DNA of 64,000 bases from NCBI GenBank assembly GCA_002189035.1, contig CM007989.1, forward strand, positions 62,001 to 126,000, in the 5' to 3' direction. Numbering within the stretch: position 1 is the stretch's first letter; each line of letters starts with the position of its first letter. This DNA comes from Utricularia gibba. Taxonomy: Eukaryota; Plantae; Magnoliophyta. Below, one piece after another: positions 25,340-36,923 of this stretch. Position numbers and translations under genes: made by a program. A model generated the notes under the pieces. That model worked only from the letters and a program-made list of their open reading frames with translations. It was not told the DNA's origin and did not search any database.

Positions 25340-26279
25340 TGCGAGCTGCAGTGCCTCTATGTCCTCATCTTTTCACTGAAACCTACGTGCCGCCTGTTCC
25401 ATCAGTGCTCTTACATCTCTACCACGCTTTGCGGTACTTTTAACTCTACCCCTTGAAACCCTTTCGGCAAGTTTTCATGTACTCAAGGATTCACTGTATG
25501 TCACAGCATCGGGATTAAGTCTGAACATGTACTGTCCTTTTGCTACTCCAACCACAACATGTACTGAAAGACATAGTCAATAACAAGGATTAGGAAATTA
25601 CCAAAATAAAGAGCTTTGGAGAACTTGAGGAGGGAATGCGAGAGCTTTCTTGTGTCAAAGCAGAAAGGGCATCACCAGCAGCAGCCAATGTTTTATTCAT
25701 ATGCTGTGCCTCTTTCAATTCTGCCTCCATTTACCTCTGAACGGTCTACGCTTTCACTTCCTGCAAGATCAACTGAATGAAAAATGCCTCGCAAAGATGA
25801 ACCACTCTTTAAATCGGTTCCTCGAAATATGGATGTAGAGGACACTGAATCAAATCAGAAGCACACCCAGTGTACATTCAAACAGCGCATTAATGTCTAG
25901 TTAAAGACTCGCGTCAGAGCTTCTAGATTTCATGACTCCAGAAAACTTTATGCCGGAAAGATCAATACTGGCTTTGGGCAGAGTAAGCTGAAATACTTCA
26001 GGAGATTTTGGGCCAACGTGACGCGTGACTCCCAAGTGCAGAGTATAATGCCTCTGCAGGCAGAATGGCAGACAAAAATATAAATAGCCGGAGTCTGATG
26101 ATGCCTAGAGAGTCACCGCCTCCAGTGGCTGAAACGCAATACCAGGACATGGCAAGGGTGCCGTCATCACAGGCGCATAAGAAGAAAGCATCATCAAGTA
26201 CTTCAGCACACGCCAAAACCCGTGTGGGCGTCAGAGCAATGCCACTGAATTTCAAGTGATCTTTTTCTTGCAGATCCAT
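25340..26279 (-). pseudogene. Collapsed remnant of a calponin-homology kinesin-14 (KCH-type) gene
   Basis: RGTDLKSGSSLRG.FHSVDLAGSE.VDRSEV.G.R/LKEAQH.NK.L..GD; LNPD..TYSESLST*KLAERVS.VEL; GRDVRALMEQ; KDEDIEALQL. Carries an in-frame TGA (25477-25475), several indels and many missense changes. Weaker CH-domain-like traces at about 26000-26279. Confidence 0.8.
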
Positions 26280-26942
26280 GTTGAAATCTGGAGAACAACT
26301 CATTCTTTCAAGAATCGAGCAAATACAGAAGCAAAATAGCATTGCTAATATTCATTTCTGTAGACCCTTTTTCAGCGACATTGATTCAAGACATCTCGGA
26401 TCCTTGTCCAGGGTATAAGGAACGGTCGTTATCCTTGTTACCATGAATGTTTCGCAAGTAAAGAGAAATACCCAGTTTTTTTGAATTTCCTCTGCATCAC
26501 ACGCGTACTAACCTGACAGTCGATCATCACTAACATGCTGTAATCCAGTCAAGAAATGCGAAAAACGAGAGTTAACAAAGAAGTGTCGAAGAGAATGTGT
26601 AACCCAAAACAAGGAAGCGGCCGAAGAATGCTGCGGCAAGGCGTGAGGAGTTTGATGCAACAAAACAAAAAAGAGAAGGCGCTCCCTAGTGAAGGGAGGG
26701 GTTGTGCTTCGTTTCAGGTCGAAAGCGGTGCGTCGCTCTTCGTTGAGTTCAGGACACACCGGGAAAAAAAAACGCCTTCTCCTCCAGCCCGCGACACCAT
26801 CAACAGCCAGATATTTTTGTTGTCTTGATTTGAAAGAATTCAATTCAAATACTAAAGTAGTAGAGACGAACAACGTCTCGGGCCCGGGTCCACACCCTTG
26901 ACTCTAAACATGGGCCGTGCGGCCAGTTTCTGGCCCACGAGA

Positions 26943-26966
<24 letters not shown>
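26943..26966. repeat. (CT)12 microsatellite
   Basis: Direct reading of the sequence. Confidence 0.95.
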
Positions 26967-26974
<8 letters not shown>

Positions 26975-27493
26975 AGTCTCCACCCATCAACAGACACAGG
27001 ATTATCTTTTAAGCAACCCTAGCCCGGATTCGGAACCCCCAGCAAAGAGAAGACCGGACATGCCTTTCCTTTTTGAAATCTGGTTTGTTGATCCAAGGGC
27101 CAACCCACGCCTAGACTAGTGGCCTTTGAGAGGATTCTGAAGAGCATGCATACCAATTACCATCATGGCATCGTACATGCGTAGGTGAGGATTTTCAGTC
27201 GTGCGATGTCGATTACGAATTTGGTGGACACCAAAGGAAGCTATGACCATGGCCACAAACGGCAGAATAATGTGAGGGAGGGCACATTACAATCGGATAG
27301 ATTCACAACAAGAATACCATTTCAATGATCTGCGGGTTTCCAAGCCTAAAAAGCTTTTTATTCCATCGCACTTGATGGCGTTTGGGTTGCTTCTAGGGCT
27401 TCCCATGTCACCAGCAACCTGCTTCTTACACCACAAAAGATGACATTGCAGCATCACCATCTCGATTCAAATGGTAACATCTGAACAAGCTTG

Positions 27494-28332
27494 TTACTTA
27501 CTTGATGAATAGACGAGATCCTGATGGAGGCAATCGGAGAGGAGAGGGCCTAGACCTGGGGGATCTTCAAATGCAAATCCAATGTCGTAGTAGGAGCTCG
27601 AGCTTGCTGCTTCTACATGAGCATTGGAACTGGGGAGGTTGTAAGTTTGGGTAAACAACCGCCGTTTCTTTTGACTGGTTCTCTCCCTCGCCCTCTCTCT
27701 TGCCATTCTTCTTGACTCCATACCCACTACTCTTACTCCTCTTCTACTACTAGCAGCAGAACCCGAAGGTTTCTTCCTCTTACTCATTTTGCCAACACCG
27801 TGCTCCACCGACGCCGGCTTGTCAGAAACGGACACTTTTTCTTCTTCTTTATGCGGGTTCTTAAGCTTTGATGCCAGTTCCTTGATGGCGATTCTCGAGC
27901 TCTTCAGCAACCAATCAAGGGTTCTGCTAGCTTTATCGAACCCCAGCAGGTCCTGTAAATCGAAGAACCTCCTGGCGACATCAAGTGAAAGCCTGATTCT
28001 TCGATCTCTGGGACCACGAGCAGTGTTTATTTTGCTGTGCTTGTCCGCGAATCTCCTCGACTGTTGTTTCCTACCTTCCCCGTTTCGATTCTGAGTTGGC
28101 TCTTCTAGGCTATCGCCTGTTGGAGTGTGGTTGGTGTAGATTCCGAGAAACTGATGCTGGAGATTGCCGAACTCCATGTGATTGCGAATGTGTGAGGAAT
28201 CTGTGGGGAGTCTGAAGAAGGGTAGTCGAAATCGAAATCGAAATCGAACTCGAACTCATTCTGGGGATAAAGGATTTTTTCTAGTTCGGTGCGAATGACA
28301 AAAGAGGAGCGGTAGTTCGATGAGGGATGCAT
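27494..28332 (-). CDS. Class II CYC/TB1-clade TCP transcription factor, BRANCHED1-like; apparent -1 frameshift near 28205-28208
   Basis: TCP domain [47 protein letters not shown] and R domain [14 protein letters not shown]. An N-terminal MHPSSNY, as in BRC1-type MYPSSNY, lies in a different frame from the TCP ORF. Confidence 0.85.
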
Positions 28333-31300
28333 TGCACTGGAACTACTATCTTGTCTAATATGTCAATACACCGAACATCTCCATTTTGGCTAGGTGCAAC
28401 TCCTGCCATCCATTGCTGCTGGAAAAGATAACATACATCCAGGCACCCACTAATGCCTTGTCCAGTCTACATCGGGTTTTTCAGTCGGCAATCCATTAGG
28501 CTTATAAAGTCACCATTTCCACGATGGCATCCTGTGTATACATTACCTTGTATTTCGATAGTTTCCTCTAAAAATAAATGCTTTCAAGTGTTCAACTATG
28601 GTAAGCTGTCATCCAGGTCGCTGAAGCTGATGATTAAGTCAAGCAAACTGCAAATCGTGACCCCAAGAACTTCTGGAATATCTGTCCATTTGCAGCTCCA
28701 CTCTGATATTGTGTGGCTGTAATTTAACGCTTTTTTCAAATCAAAAGGAAGGGTATGCCCCTCTCCTTTGATGCAATTTTTTATGCTTGGTCTTCTTAAG
28801 AGGGTTGAGTATTGAATGCCTGCAGTAAGCAGATGACCATTCTTCATCCTTGATGGAGTGTCTGGTTCAAGCAAAAGCTACAGGTAATGGTTAACAGTAA
28901 GGCCACGGTTAACAAGCACAAGGCAGGATACATATAGCCTTGTAGCCATGAAAAGTGAGACGCCTAAAATGTTAGGAAGAAGGTGTAAAAGCAGGGAAGG
29001 GAAACGGTGCATACGTCCGATTCAAGGATCACAAAAATGGAATCTTATGATCCTGGGGCGTAAAAGGACATAAATTCCAACGTCTTTTTCAACCTAAAGC
29101 TAACCCTAAGCGTACCGCGCTGTCTCTCGGTGAACAGTGTTTCCACTATTCTCAGTGCAAGTGCCGATTTCTTTTATTAACTACACTGTAGATTGAATCC
29201 TGCTGCTGTTGATATTATTATTATTATTCCACGCCCCAGCCTACCTTGAAATAGGTTTCTGTATGTTCCATCATCAAATCAAAGCAGTAACATTGGACAA
29301 ACTTTTTTTTTCTTTTCTTCCCAGACATCAACTGCCTACTTCAGTGTATTAACCCTGAGCCATCGTACCCAGACCCATCCTTGAAGTGGATCAGCCATCA
29401 GGTGCCCAACAAGATAAGGAGGGAGGGGCTTTTTTGCCCAGCACTAGAATGTCTAACAACACTTTTGTTCAAAGAGAAGAGTGGGGAGTACAAGGTTGAT
29501 GAATAATGATAAACCTAGGAAACTTCATTGGCTTGGTTCCCCCATTTCGGCCATGACTGTTCGTTGATTGTTTAGAGAGGGTACGTATCGGTTGCTGACA
29601 GATTTGAGAGCGGGGTTCGGCTTGCGCAATGAGTGAATGGGCAGCTGAGCAGGAACTCCCACATGGAGATGGGGTTCACATGTGTCCTCTTCTTCTATTA
29701 TACAACACATATTTGGCGTAGGCCATGAGAGACATTTCGCAAAGGACGCATTTTTTTTTTAAAAGAAAACTTCTGGGTGACCAAGCAAGGAACAGATAGA
29801 CAGGCAGTAGAGTGCGTGACGACTGCTGCTTTCTGTCTAAATTTCTTTTATTTTGACCGTCGCTTTCAATGAAAAGAACGCGCCCTAACCTCGCCTCCAG
29901 ATCATTCATCCATCCAGGAGTCTCTTTCCAACGCTATTCTTGTTCGTTGTAGATGGAGCTCAAAGGTGTCATCTTCATTTCATTTTTTGATTCACGATGA
30001 CAAAATGAGCTCCCCATTTATTGGTACGGATTTGTTAAAACTGTGGTGAGGAGATTGAAACATGGAAACAAGACTGAAGCCCTAGCCCTAAAGTTGGTTG
30101 CCAAGGGTATGGTGGGGACTAGTTCTCCTGAGCTGAGCTGGCATCCCCTCACCATCATCATTCTATCTCAATGCCCATCTGCATAGCTCCCTCCCGTCTC
30201 TTAAACCCCATTACCTTCCCCACCCGTCTCCAGATTCCCTTTCTTTCCAAATGTACATGCCTCAACTGCACAGGTACAAAGCACCATTTGTGATTGCTTT
30301 GCTACCATCATCTTTGTTATCCCAATATTTATCAAGAGAAATGTTGTGCTAATCAAAAAGGCATGATTGATAATAACCACCATCTTGATTGGAATGCTGG
30401 GTTGTGCAGAAGGGAGAACAACTTTGTACACAAACTCTTTCTGTAAAATTCCATCAGAAGCACTAGCAGATGTAAAAATAAAAATTTCCTGGCTTATGTT
30501 TGATTCGTCCCGATAAGAGACATGAGTAACTGATGGAAAGGGGGGCAACAGAGGATGGTAACATACCATGAGAGTGCTTTAAGCATGAGATGGACAGGAT
30601 AGGTCACTGATGGTACCTAAAGTCGTCGAGGATAAGAATCAGCATCGAGTAAAGTCTTCAAGGATGAATCATCATGGTGCTCGATGCATCTCGAACTCTC
30701 TTTTTCCTATTGAATTGAGCAACACAAAGTCCATGGCAGCTCATATTCGTGAAAAGAGAAGGAACATAAATAAAGGTGCGTGATTGGATGAGGGTCCTAT
30801 GAAAAACACAGGGCTCAGAATCCATCCCGTGAGCGAAGGGAGATCAAGTTGGAATGAGTGCGTTTTTTCTTGTATATCCCCAATTCAATGCAACGCAGGT
30901 GTGCGTGATGAATCAGCAGCAGCCCGCCACTGGTCACTGCTAGTGCTGGATGCTGCTGGGGTTCATTGGGCCATTGAATGAAAGTCGGCCCAGTGCAGTA
31001 TTCAGGGCCTCATTCACCATGCTCGTGCGAGCTATGGGCCCACCAGGCGCCACGCCCAGGCGTTCTTTGTTTTCAGAGCAACTGGATGGATCATGCGCGG
31101 TCGCGCCTAGCCCCTGTGATTTCTGTTCAACGCACATCTTCCACCCGACTGGCGGCCGCCGGCCGGTTCGAAAAGCAATCTGCGCCGTGTTTTGTAGGCG
31201 CAGATGATAACTACTGTTTTGGTAAGAGATTCCCTCCCTCACAACAACAATGCTTGCTTGATATGCTGAGGCACTTTTGACCTTCATAACTAATAATTGT

Positions 31301-31559
31301 GCTTGCACAATGTCCTCTTGTCTGATTCCTGTCTGTGTGCGAGTAAGATTCCAGGAAGGCGCTGCTGGCCAGCACCTATCTAAATTTATGCGTCAAATTG
31401 ATTCCTGTCCGGTGGAGGAAGAGCAAGTGTGTGGATTTTCAAGCGCCAGCTCTCGCAGGACTAACGCCAGTAATCAAACTACACAATACATCTCCGTACA
31501 GAGTGATGAACACAAGCACTTCAACTTCTTCTCCAGGTATTGATTCCATACGTAGCCCT

Positions 31560-33029
31560 TCAGAGGAGACGCTCCATCTGTGGCATGCAAAAGCATATGA
31601 GTAACGGGTCAAGAAACAAAAATGGAATGCTTGAACTTAGACAGGCGGCGGGCAAGGATAACAAGTGCACAACCCAGGCTTCAACTCGAGTATTCTTTAT
31701 ACAAGTCAAGAATTCATACAAGAGGCAAAAGCGCAGCTGGAATAAGGAGAAAGTACCTTCCACAGACCATCGTTTAGATAGTGCATATTATCGACACCAA
31801 TTCCTTTGTTAACATTCTTTCTGCATTTCATGAAAACACAGATCATTATTCACCAAAGGAACTCCATAGTTTCTTTTTGTTATCAAACTCAATGACTTCC
31901 CTGGTAAGGCTGAACTAACTGACGCATAACGAAAAGAAAAAAATAAAAAATAAAAACAAAGCTGGCTAAAGATGAAGGAATTCGAGGGAATATGTGGCTC
32001 AAGTCCAAATTGCATTCGAACAGAATTCTTTTCTAGTAGGAAAATCAGTGTTGGCACTCACATATCCTTTGCAGACATTTTTGTAAATCCAATAGCAAGA
32101 GCATGCTGCTTCCCTTCAGCCATTACAGCCTGAAAATTGTCATAGTGTTCAGAAATTCCAATAAGCAACTAACGATATCCAGTAGGAGGGAATGGAAGAA
32201 GCCATACTACAGGTGTTTCAGCCTCCACTGCATCATCCAATGCACCACCAGGAGAAGTAAGCCCTGGGCACATTATATTAGCACCAGAAAGAACAAATTT
32301 TATCGCACCTCTGTCAACTTGTACTTTTTTCATTATATTTGGATCTGCAGGGAAGGAAATCAGTGCATCATCTTGCATCTCAATGTAGATAACAACACCC
32401 AGGGACCAACGTACATTGGTGCAGAAGCCGTAGCGTAGGCATGTAAGGGCCATCCCGCATGTTGAAGAAAAGAGGCACGTTGTTCACAAGAACCAAATTA
32501 AGATGATTCTGACTTGAAAGGCAAAGCAGGTGTACACAAGAAGTTAGACAAAAAAGAAGTCACAGGTTGAAAAGATTAATACAGAGAGCGAAACAACACC
32601 ATTTTGCAACAATAAGCGGGGATTTCTTTGGCAGCAAGTCGTCCAATATAGGTTCAAGTCCGGGATACTGCCAGAAGAACAACGGCAATCAAAAAATGAT
32701 CCCCAGCATCCAGATCTCGAAGCAGTAAGAGCGAAAAAGCCTCACCTCCTCTGCGATACTCTGCCTAATTTTTCTTTGCACCGATGCCTTCACTTGATTT
32801 TGAGCAGAGACTTCTTCAGAGGAGAACCTGGAATAATCAATATAAATGAAGCAAACATTCAATCACACCGCAGAAATACACTAAACATTCGCTAGAGCAC
32901 CACGGAGACGTAGATGATTCAGATTATGATTTCGACTACAATCGCAAAACAGGGAAACGATGAAGAACAGAATGCGGGAAGATGTGCAGAGATGGAATCC
33001 AAGGCAGGGAAGTCATACTTCTTGAACAT
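31560..33029 (-). CDS. MCTS1: MCT-1 (malignant T-cell-amplified sequence 1) PUA-domain translation re-initiation factor; 8 exons
   Basis: [96 protein letters not shown]; frame intact. Confidence 0.9.
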
Positions 33030-33464
33030 TTTGGAGGGGAGATGGGTGAATGCAGGAGCAATAGGGTTTCTAGTTTGCCTTGCCAATCGATTCAATTCAA
33101 TTCCAACCAGAGCAGAGCAGGAAGAAGGGAAATAAAATGGGCCGGCCTCCGCTTCTTCCTTTGGGCTCGGAATTTGGAAATGAGGTAAGTAAATAAACGT
33201 GAGATATGAAATTGCAAAGTGACCCAGCCCCCGGCCTTCCCGCTCCTTCCGCCGTGACCCAGCAAACGCGTCTTCCCTGCCAACTGTTGTCTCGTCTTCT
33301 CAACAGTTCCCCGAAATCCCCTAAAACTACCTACAAACACAACCCAACACAACGCACTTGTTTCTTCTAAATGCACAAATAACCGTAACCCCCTGAATCT
33401 GCATCACATGCAATGCTAGCTCCCCACACACGCACTTCCCGGTGTTCTTCTCGTCATCCCACGA

Positions 33465-36400
33465 ATGGATTTGTCGGGGAAGAATTACTGCCCCCATGAA
33501 GCAAGGATCGACGTTGAGATCAACGAACACCCTTCTTCTCCTTCTTCTTCGTTCCTGGCGGGGCCGTCGGAGGTCATTGTGAAGGTCGACAGGGGGGATC
33601 AGACCGCCGTCACGGATGGCTTCAAAAGAAGAAATTGCAGCGAGTCCAGTCTGGATTTATGGGCAGAGGATGCCAACAACCAACGAATGGGATACAGCGG
33701 ATCATTCCACCAACACCCATCCCCCAAACTGATGACTGCCAAGTCTCCAGGTGAAGAAGATGTGTACCTGGATGTGGATGAACTGCGCAGCGAGATCAGC
33801 AATTACTCCCACTCTCCCGCTCCCAATTTCCCTCCTGATCACATCCATAACCATAACAAGAATTGCATTCGGAATTGTTCATTGTCCAAGGAACTCGGGG
33901 TTTCTTCTGAAGATTCCAATCTCAGAGGCAACAATAATCCTAACAAGGTAGTGGACATTGGACCTGATGAACAAGATATGAAAACTGTATCCTCGTACTC
34001 CTCCCTGGAAGAAACTTTCCACAACCGCGCCCCATCAGCGAATGCAGTGGATGAATCCCTCATCCACGGCGGTGGGAATGATGCCAGTGAAGTGCTCAGA
34101 TGTGCCTCCACACCGAGAATGTACGGAAACCTGTGCAGGATGAGGACACAGTCTAGGCTGCTCGATCCACCCCAAGATAAGCTAGTATCAGGGCAAATGA
34201 GATCAGGGATGATGAAGTCAGGTAGATTGAGATCTGGCATTATAGGCAGAGTTTCGGGGATGCTGGGAAAGCAAGGCGACGAGGAAGAGGAGGATCCGCT
34301 ATTCGACGACGACGTTCCTGATGAGTATAGGAAAGCCGCGATTGGTTTTTTCATGATCGTGGAATGGATCAGCCTCCTTTTGATCATCACTACTTTGATA
34401 TGCACAATGGTTATTAAGGAAGTGAAGAGACGGAAATTTAGAGGGTTGAGCTTGTGGAAATGGGAGGTGCTAGTTCTTGTTTTGATTTGTGGGGGACTGG
34501 TTTCTGACTGGGGATAAAGATAGTCGTCTTCTTCATAGAGAGGAACTTCGTTATGAGGAAAAGGGTTCTGTATTTTGTTTACGGCGTGAGGAAGGCAGTT
34601 AGAAACTGTATCTGGTTGGGTCTGGTTCTGATCGCATGGCGCTCCATGTTCGACAATCAGGTGGAAGGACGGCACAGATTCCTCCGGTACGTGAACAAGT
34701 TGATGGTCTGCATGATTGTGGGGACCCTGCTCTGGTTGGTGAAGACACTCATGGTCAAGATCCTTGCTTCTTCCTTCCATGTGAGCACTTTCTTCGAGCG
34801 AATCCAGGAGTCGTTGTTCAATCAGTATGTGATTGAGAAATTGTCAGGGCCAGCTCTGATTGAGATGAAGCACCAGCAGGAAGAAGACGAAAGAACTATG
34901 GCGGAGGTGTGGAGGCTAGAGAAAGCAGGTGCGACATTGCCACCGGAGCTGAGTTGTTCCCCTTCTTTTCGAGGTGGAGGGTTGGCCCAAAGGGTCCCAG
35001 CAAAAACAATGAGCTTCAAGGTTCCTTCTGGTCCACTGAGTAGAAACCAAGATGATCAGGAAACCATATCCATTGCTCATCTGCATAGACTGAATCATAA
35101 GAATGTATCAGCTTGGAGTATGAAGAGGTTGATGAAGATCGTGAAGCATGGGGTTCTAAGAACTTTGGATGAAGGCGTTTTGAATAGCTCACAAGGGGAT
35201 GAGACAGCAACTCAGATCAGAAGTGAAAAGGAGGCCATTGCAGCTGCAAGGAAGATCTTCAGGAACATCGCAAAGCCCCGAGCCAAGTAAGAATGAACAG
35301 CTATGTCCTTCTCACCACACCCGACTGAATCATCTTTACTTGGAACATGTTGCAGGTTCATCTATCTGGACGATATGCTGAGGTTCTTGCCGGAGGAAGA
35401 GGTATTAAAGACCATGAGCATTGTGGAAGGATCTGTTGAATGTAAGAAAATCAGTAAAGCATCACTCAAAAGTTGGGTGGTAAGACAAAGATAGCACCTT
35501 GCGTCAATTACCCTACATTTCTGTGAGGCATTTAGTCGAACGCTGGGTTTTCTGGGGCGAGCAGGTTAACGCATTTTTGGAACGAAGAGCGCTGGCCTTC
35601 ACCCTGAATGACACCAAGACAGCCGTTAACAAACTTCACCAAATGGTCAACGTAATAGTCGGCATCGTGATCCTCATCATCTGCCTGGTGATCCTGGAGA
35701 TCGTAACAGGCAGATTCATTCTGTACCTCAGCTCTCAGATTGTAGTGGTGGCCTTCATCTTCGGAAACACCCTCAAAACCATCTTCGAATCAATCGTATT
35801 CGTGTTCGTGATGCATCCTTTCGACGTCGGTGATCGCTGCGAGGTTGACAATGTTCAGGTACCAATCCAACATCCTCCCCTCGCCCCCTGGTTCTCTCTT
35901 GCAGTTGTTGACCCACTGCAAAATCAGATGGTTGTGGAGGAAATGAATATCTTGACGACGGTTTTCCTGCGATACGACAACCAGAAGATAATATTCCCCA
36001 ATTCAACCCTTTCCACCAGACCCATCAGCAACTACTACCGGAGCCCCGATATGGGCGACGGAGTCGATTTTTCCGTCCACATCGCTACCCCTGCGGAGAA
36101 GATCGCTCTGATGAAGCAAAGAATCACTAGGTAACTTACTGCCACCCCTCCAGATCATTACAATACATGCATATGTTTTTTTTTTTTTGATTGCGAGAGT
36201 TGGTGCAGCTACATCGAGAGTCGGAGCGATCATTGGTACCCGGAGCCAGCGGTGGTGCTGATGAACATGGAAAATCTCAACACGTTGAAAATGGCGGTAT
36301 GGCTGCGACATCGAATGAATCATCAGAACATGGGGGAGAAATGGATGAGAAGGGCGCTTCTTGTGGAAGAGATGGTGAAAATTTTCAAGGATTTGGACAT

Positions 36401-36512
36401 CGAATACCGCCTGTATCCCATGGATATAAACGTCCGTGCAATGCCGCCGCCGTCGCCTCTGAGTTCCGCCAGAATTCCGCCGGTGTGGAGTTCCCCTCAG
36501 GGCGCCAACTGA
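33465..36512 (+). CDS. MSL: MscS-like mechanosensitive ion channel (MSL4-8 clade-like); 5 exons; apparent -1 frameshift at 34510-34513
   Basis: SRLLDPP, LWKWEVLVLVLICG.LVS.WG/I.IVVFFIERNF.MRKRVLYFVYGVRKAV, LASSFHVSTFFERIQESLFNQYVIE.LSGP, AFIFGN..KT.FESI.FVFVMHPFDVGDRC, ISNYYRSPDMGD. Confidence 0.9.
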
Positions 36513-36644
36513 TTCATTTCTTTCTTTGTAACTTGAATTTGAGGCTGATGACCGTGTAATGTTGTTAGGGTGTAGTTGGGGGAAGAAAGTCCCCAATAAT
36601 TAATTTATTAGAATAAAAATGAGATGATATATTCTTAAAGAAAG

Positions 36645-36764
36645 GCCAACGGGCGGCCCGTTACAAGCCCATCGGGTCAGACGATGTGGCCCCTCACCGA
36701 CTCACATTTCGTATGCTATGTTTGCTTTAGATTCTTTCAAAAGTGAGATGTGAGATTAGGGTTT
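36645..36764. promoter_or_regulatory. Site II-like GGCCC/GCCCA motifs plus telo-box (TTAGGGTTT, 36756-36764) upstream of the RBM39-like gene
   Basis: Motifs read directly. The site II plus telo-box pairing is an established module in plant RNA-processing and translation gene promoters. Confidence 0.45.
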
Positions 36765-36923
36765 AGGTTCCAATTCCATGCACAAGCACAATTGCACATC
36801 AACTCCGGAACTCTACACACAACCGCCTCTATTGCTCTTCTCTGCCGTCTTATCCCTTGTGCTGCTTTGCTGTTGTAGATTTAGGGCCGTCGCCGGGTTT
36901 CTTGATTCAAGCTTCTCTTAGAG

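Noticed and set aside
30115-30135. miR390-like target site (GGGACTAGTTCTCCTGAGCTG; miRNA positions 2-11 paired)
   Set aside because: No tasiARF core (TTCTTGACCTTG) and no second site found upstream, so TAS3 is not supported. Degradome data would be needed to revisit.
30201-30569. 122-aa minus-strand ORF
   Set aside because: No recognisable motif or exon structure; length compatible with chance.
31204-31269. Possible box C/D snoRNA (ATGATAA...CTGA; TTGATATGC complementary to a 25S rRNA segment as I recall it)
   Set aside because: Non-canonical C box, only about 9 nt of complementarity and no terminal stem. An Rfam or snoscan hit would be required.
33839-34780. 313-aa minus-strand ORF
   Set aside because: Antisense shadow of MSL exon 1; no independent motif.
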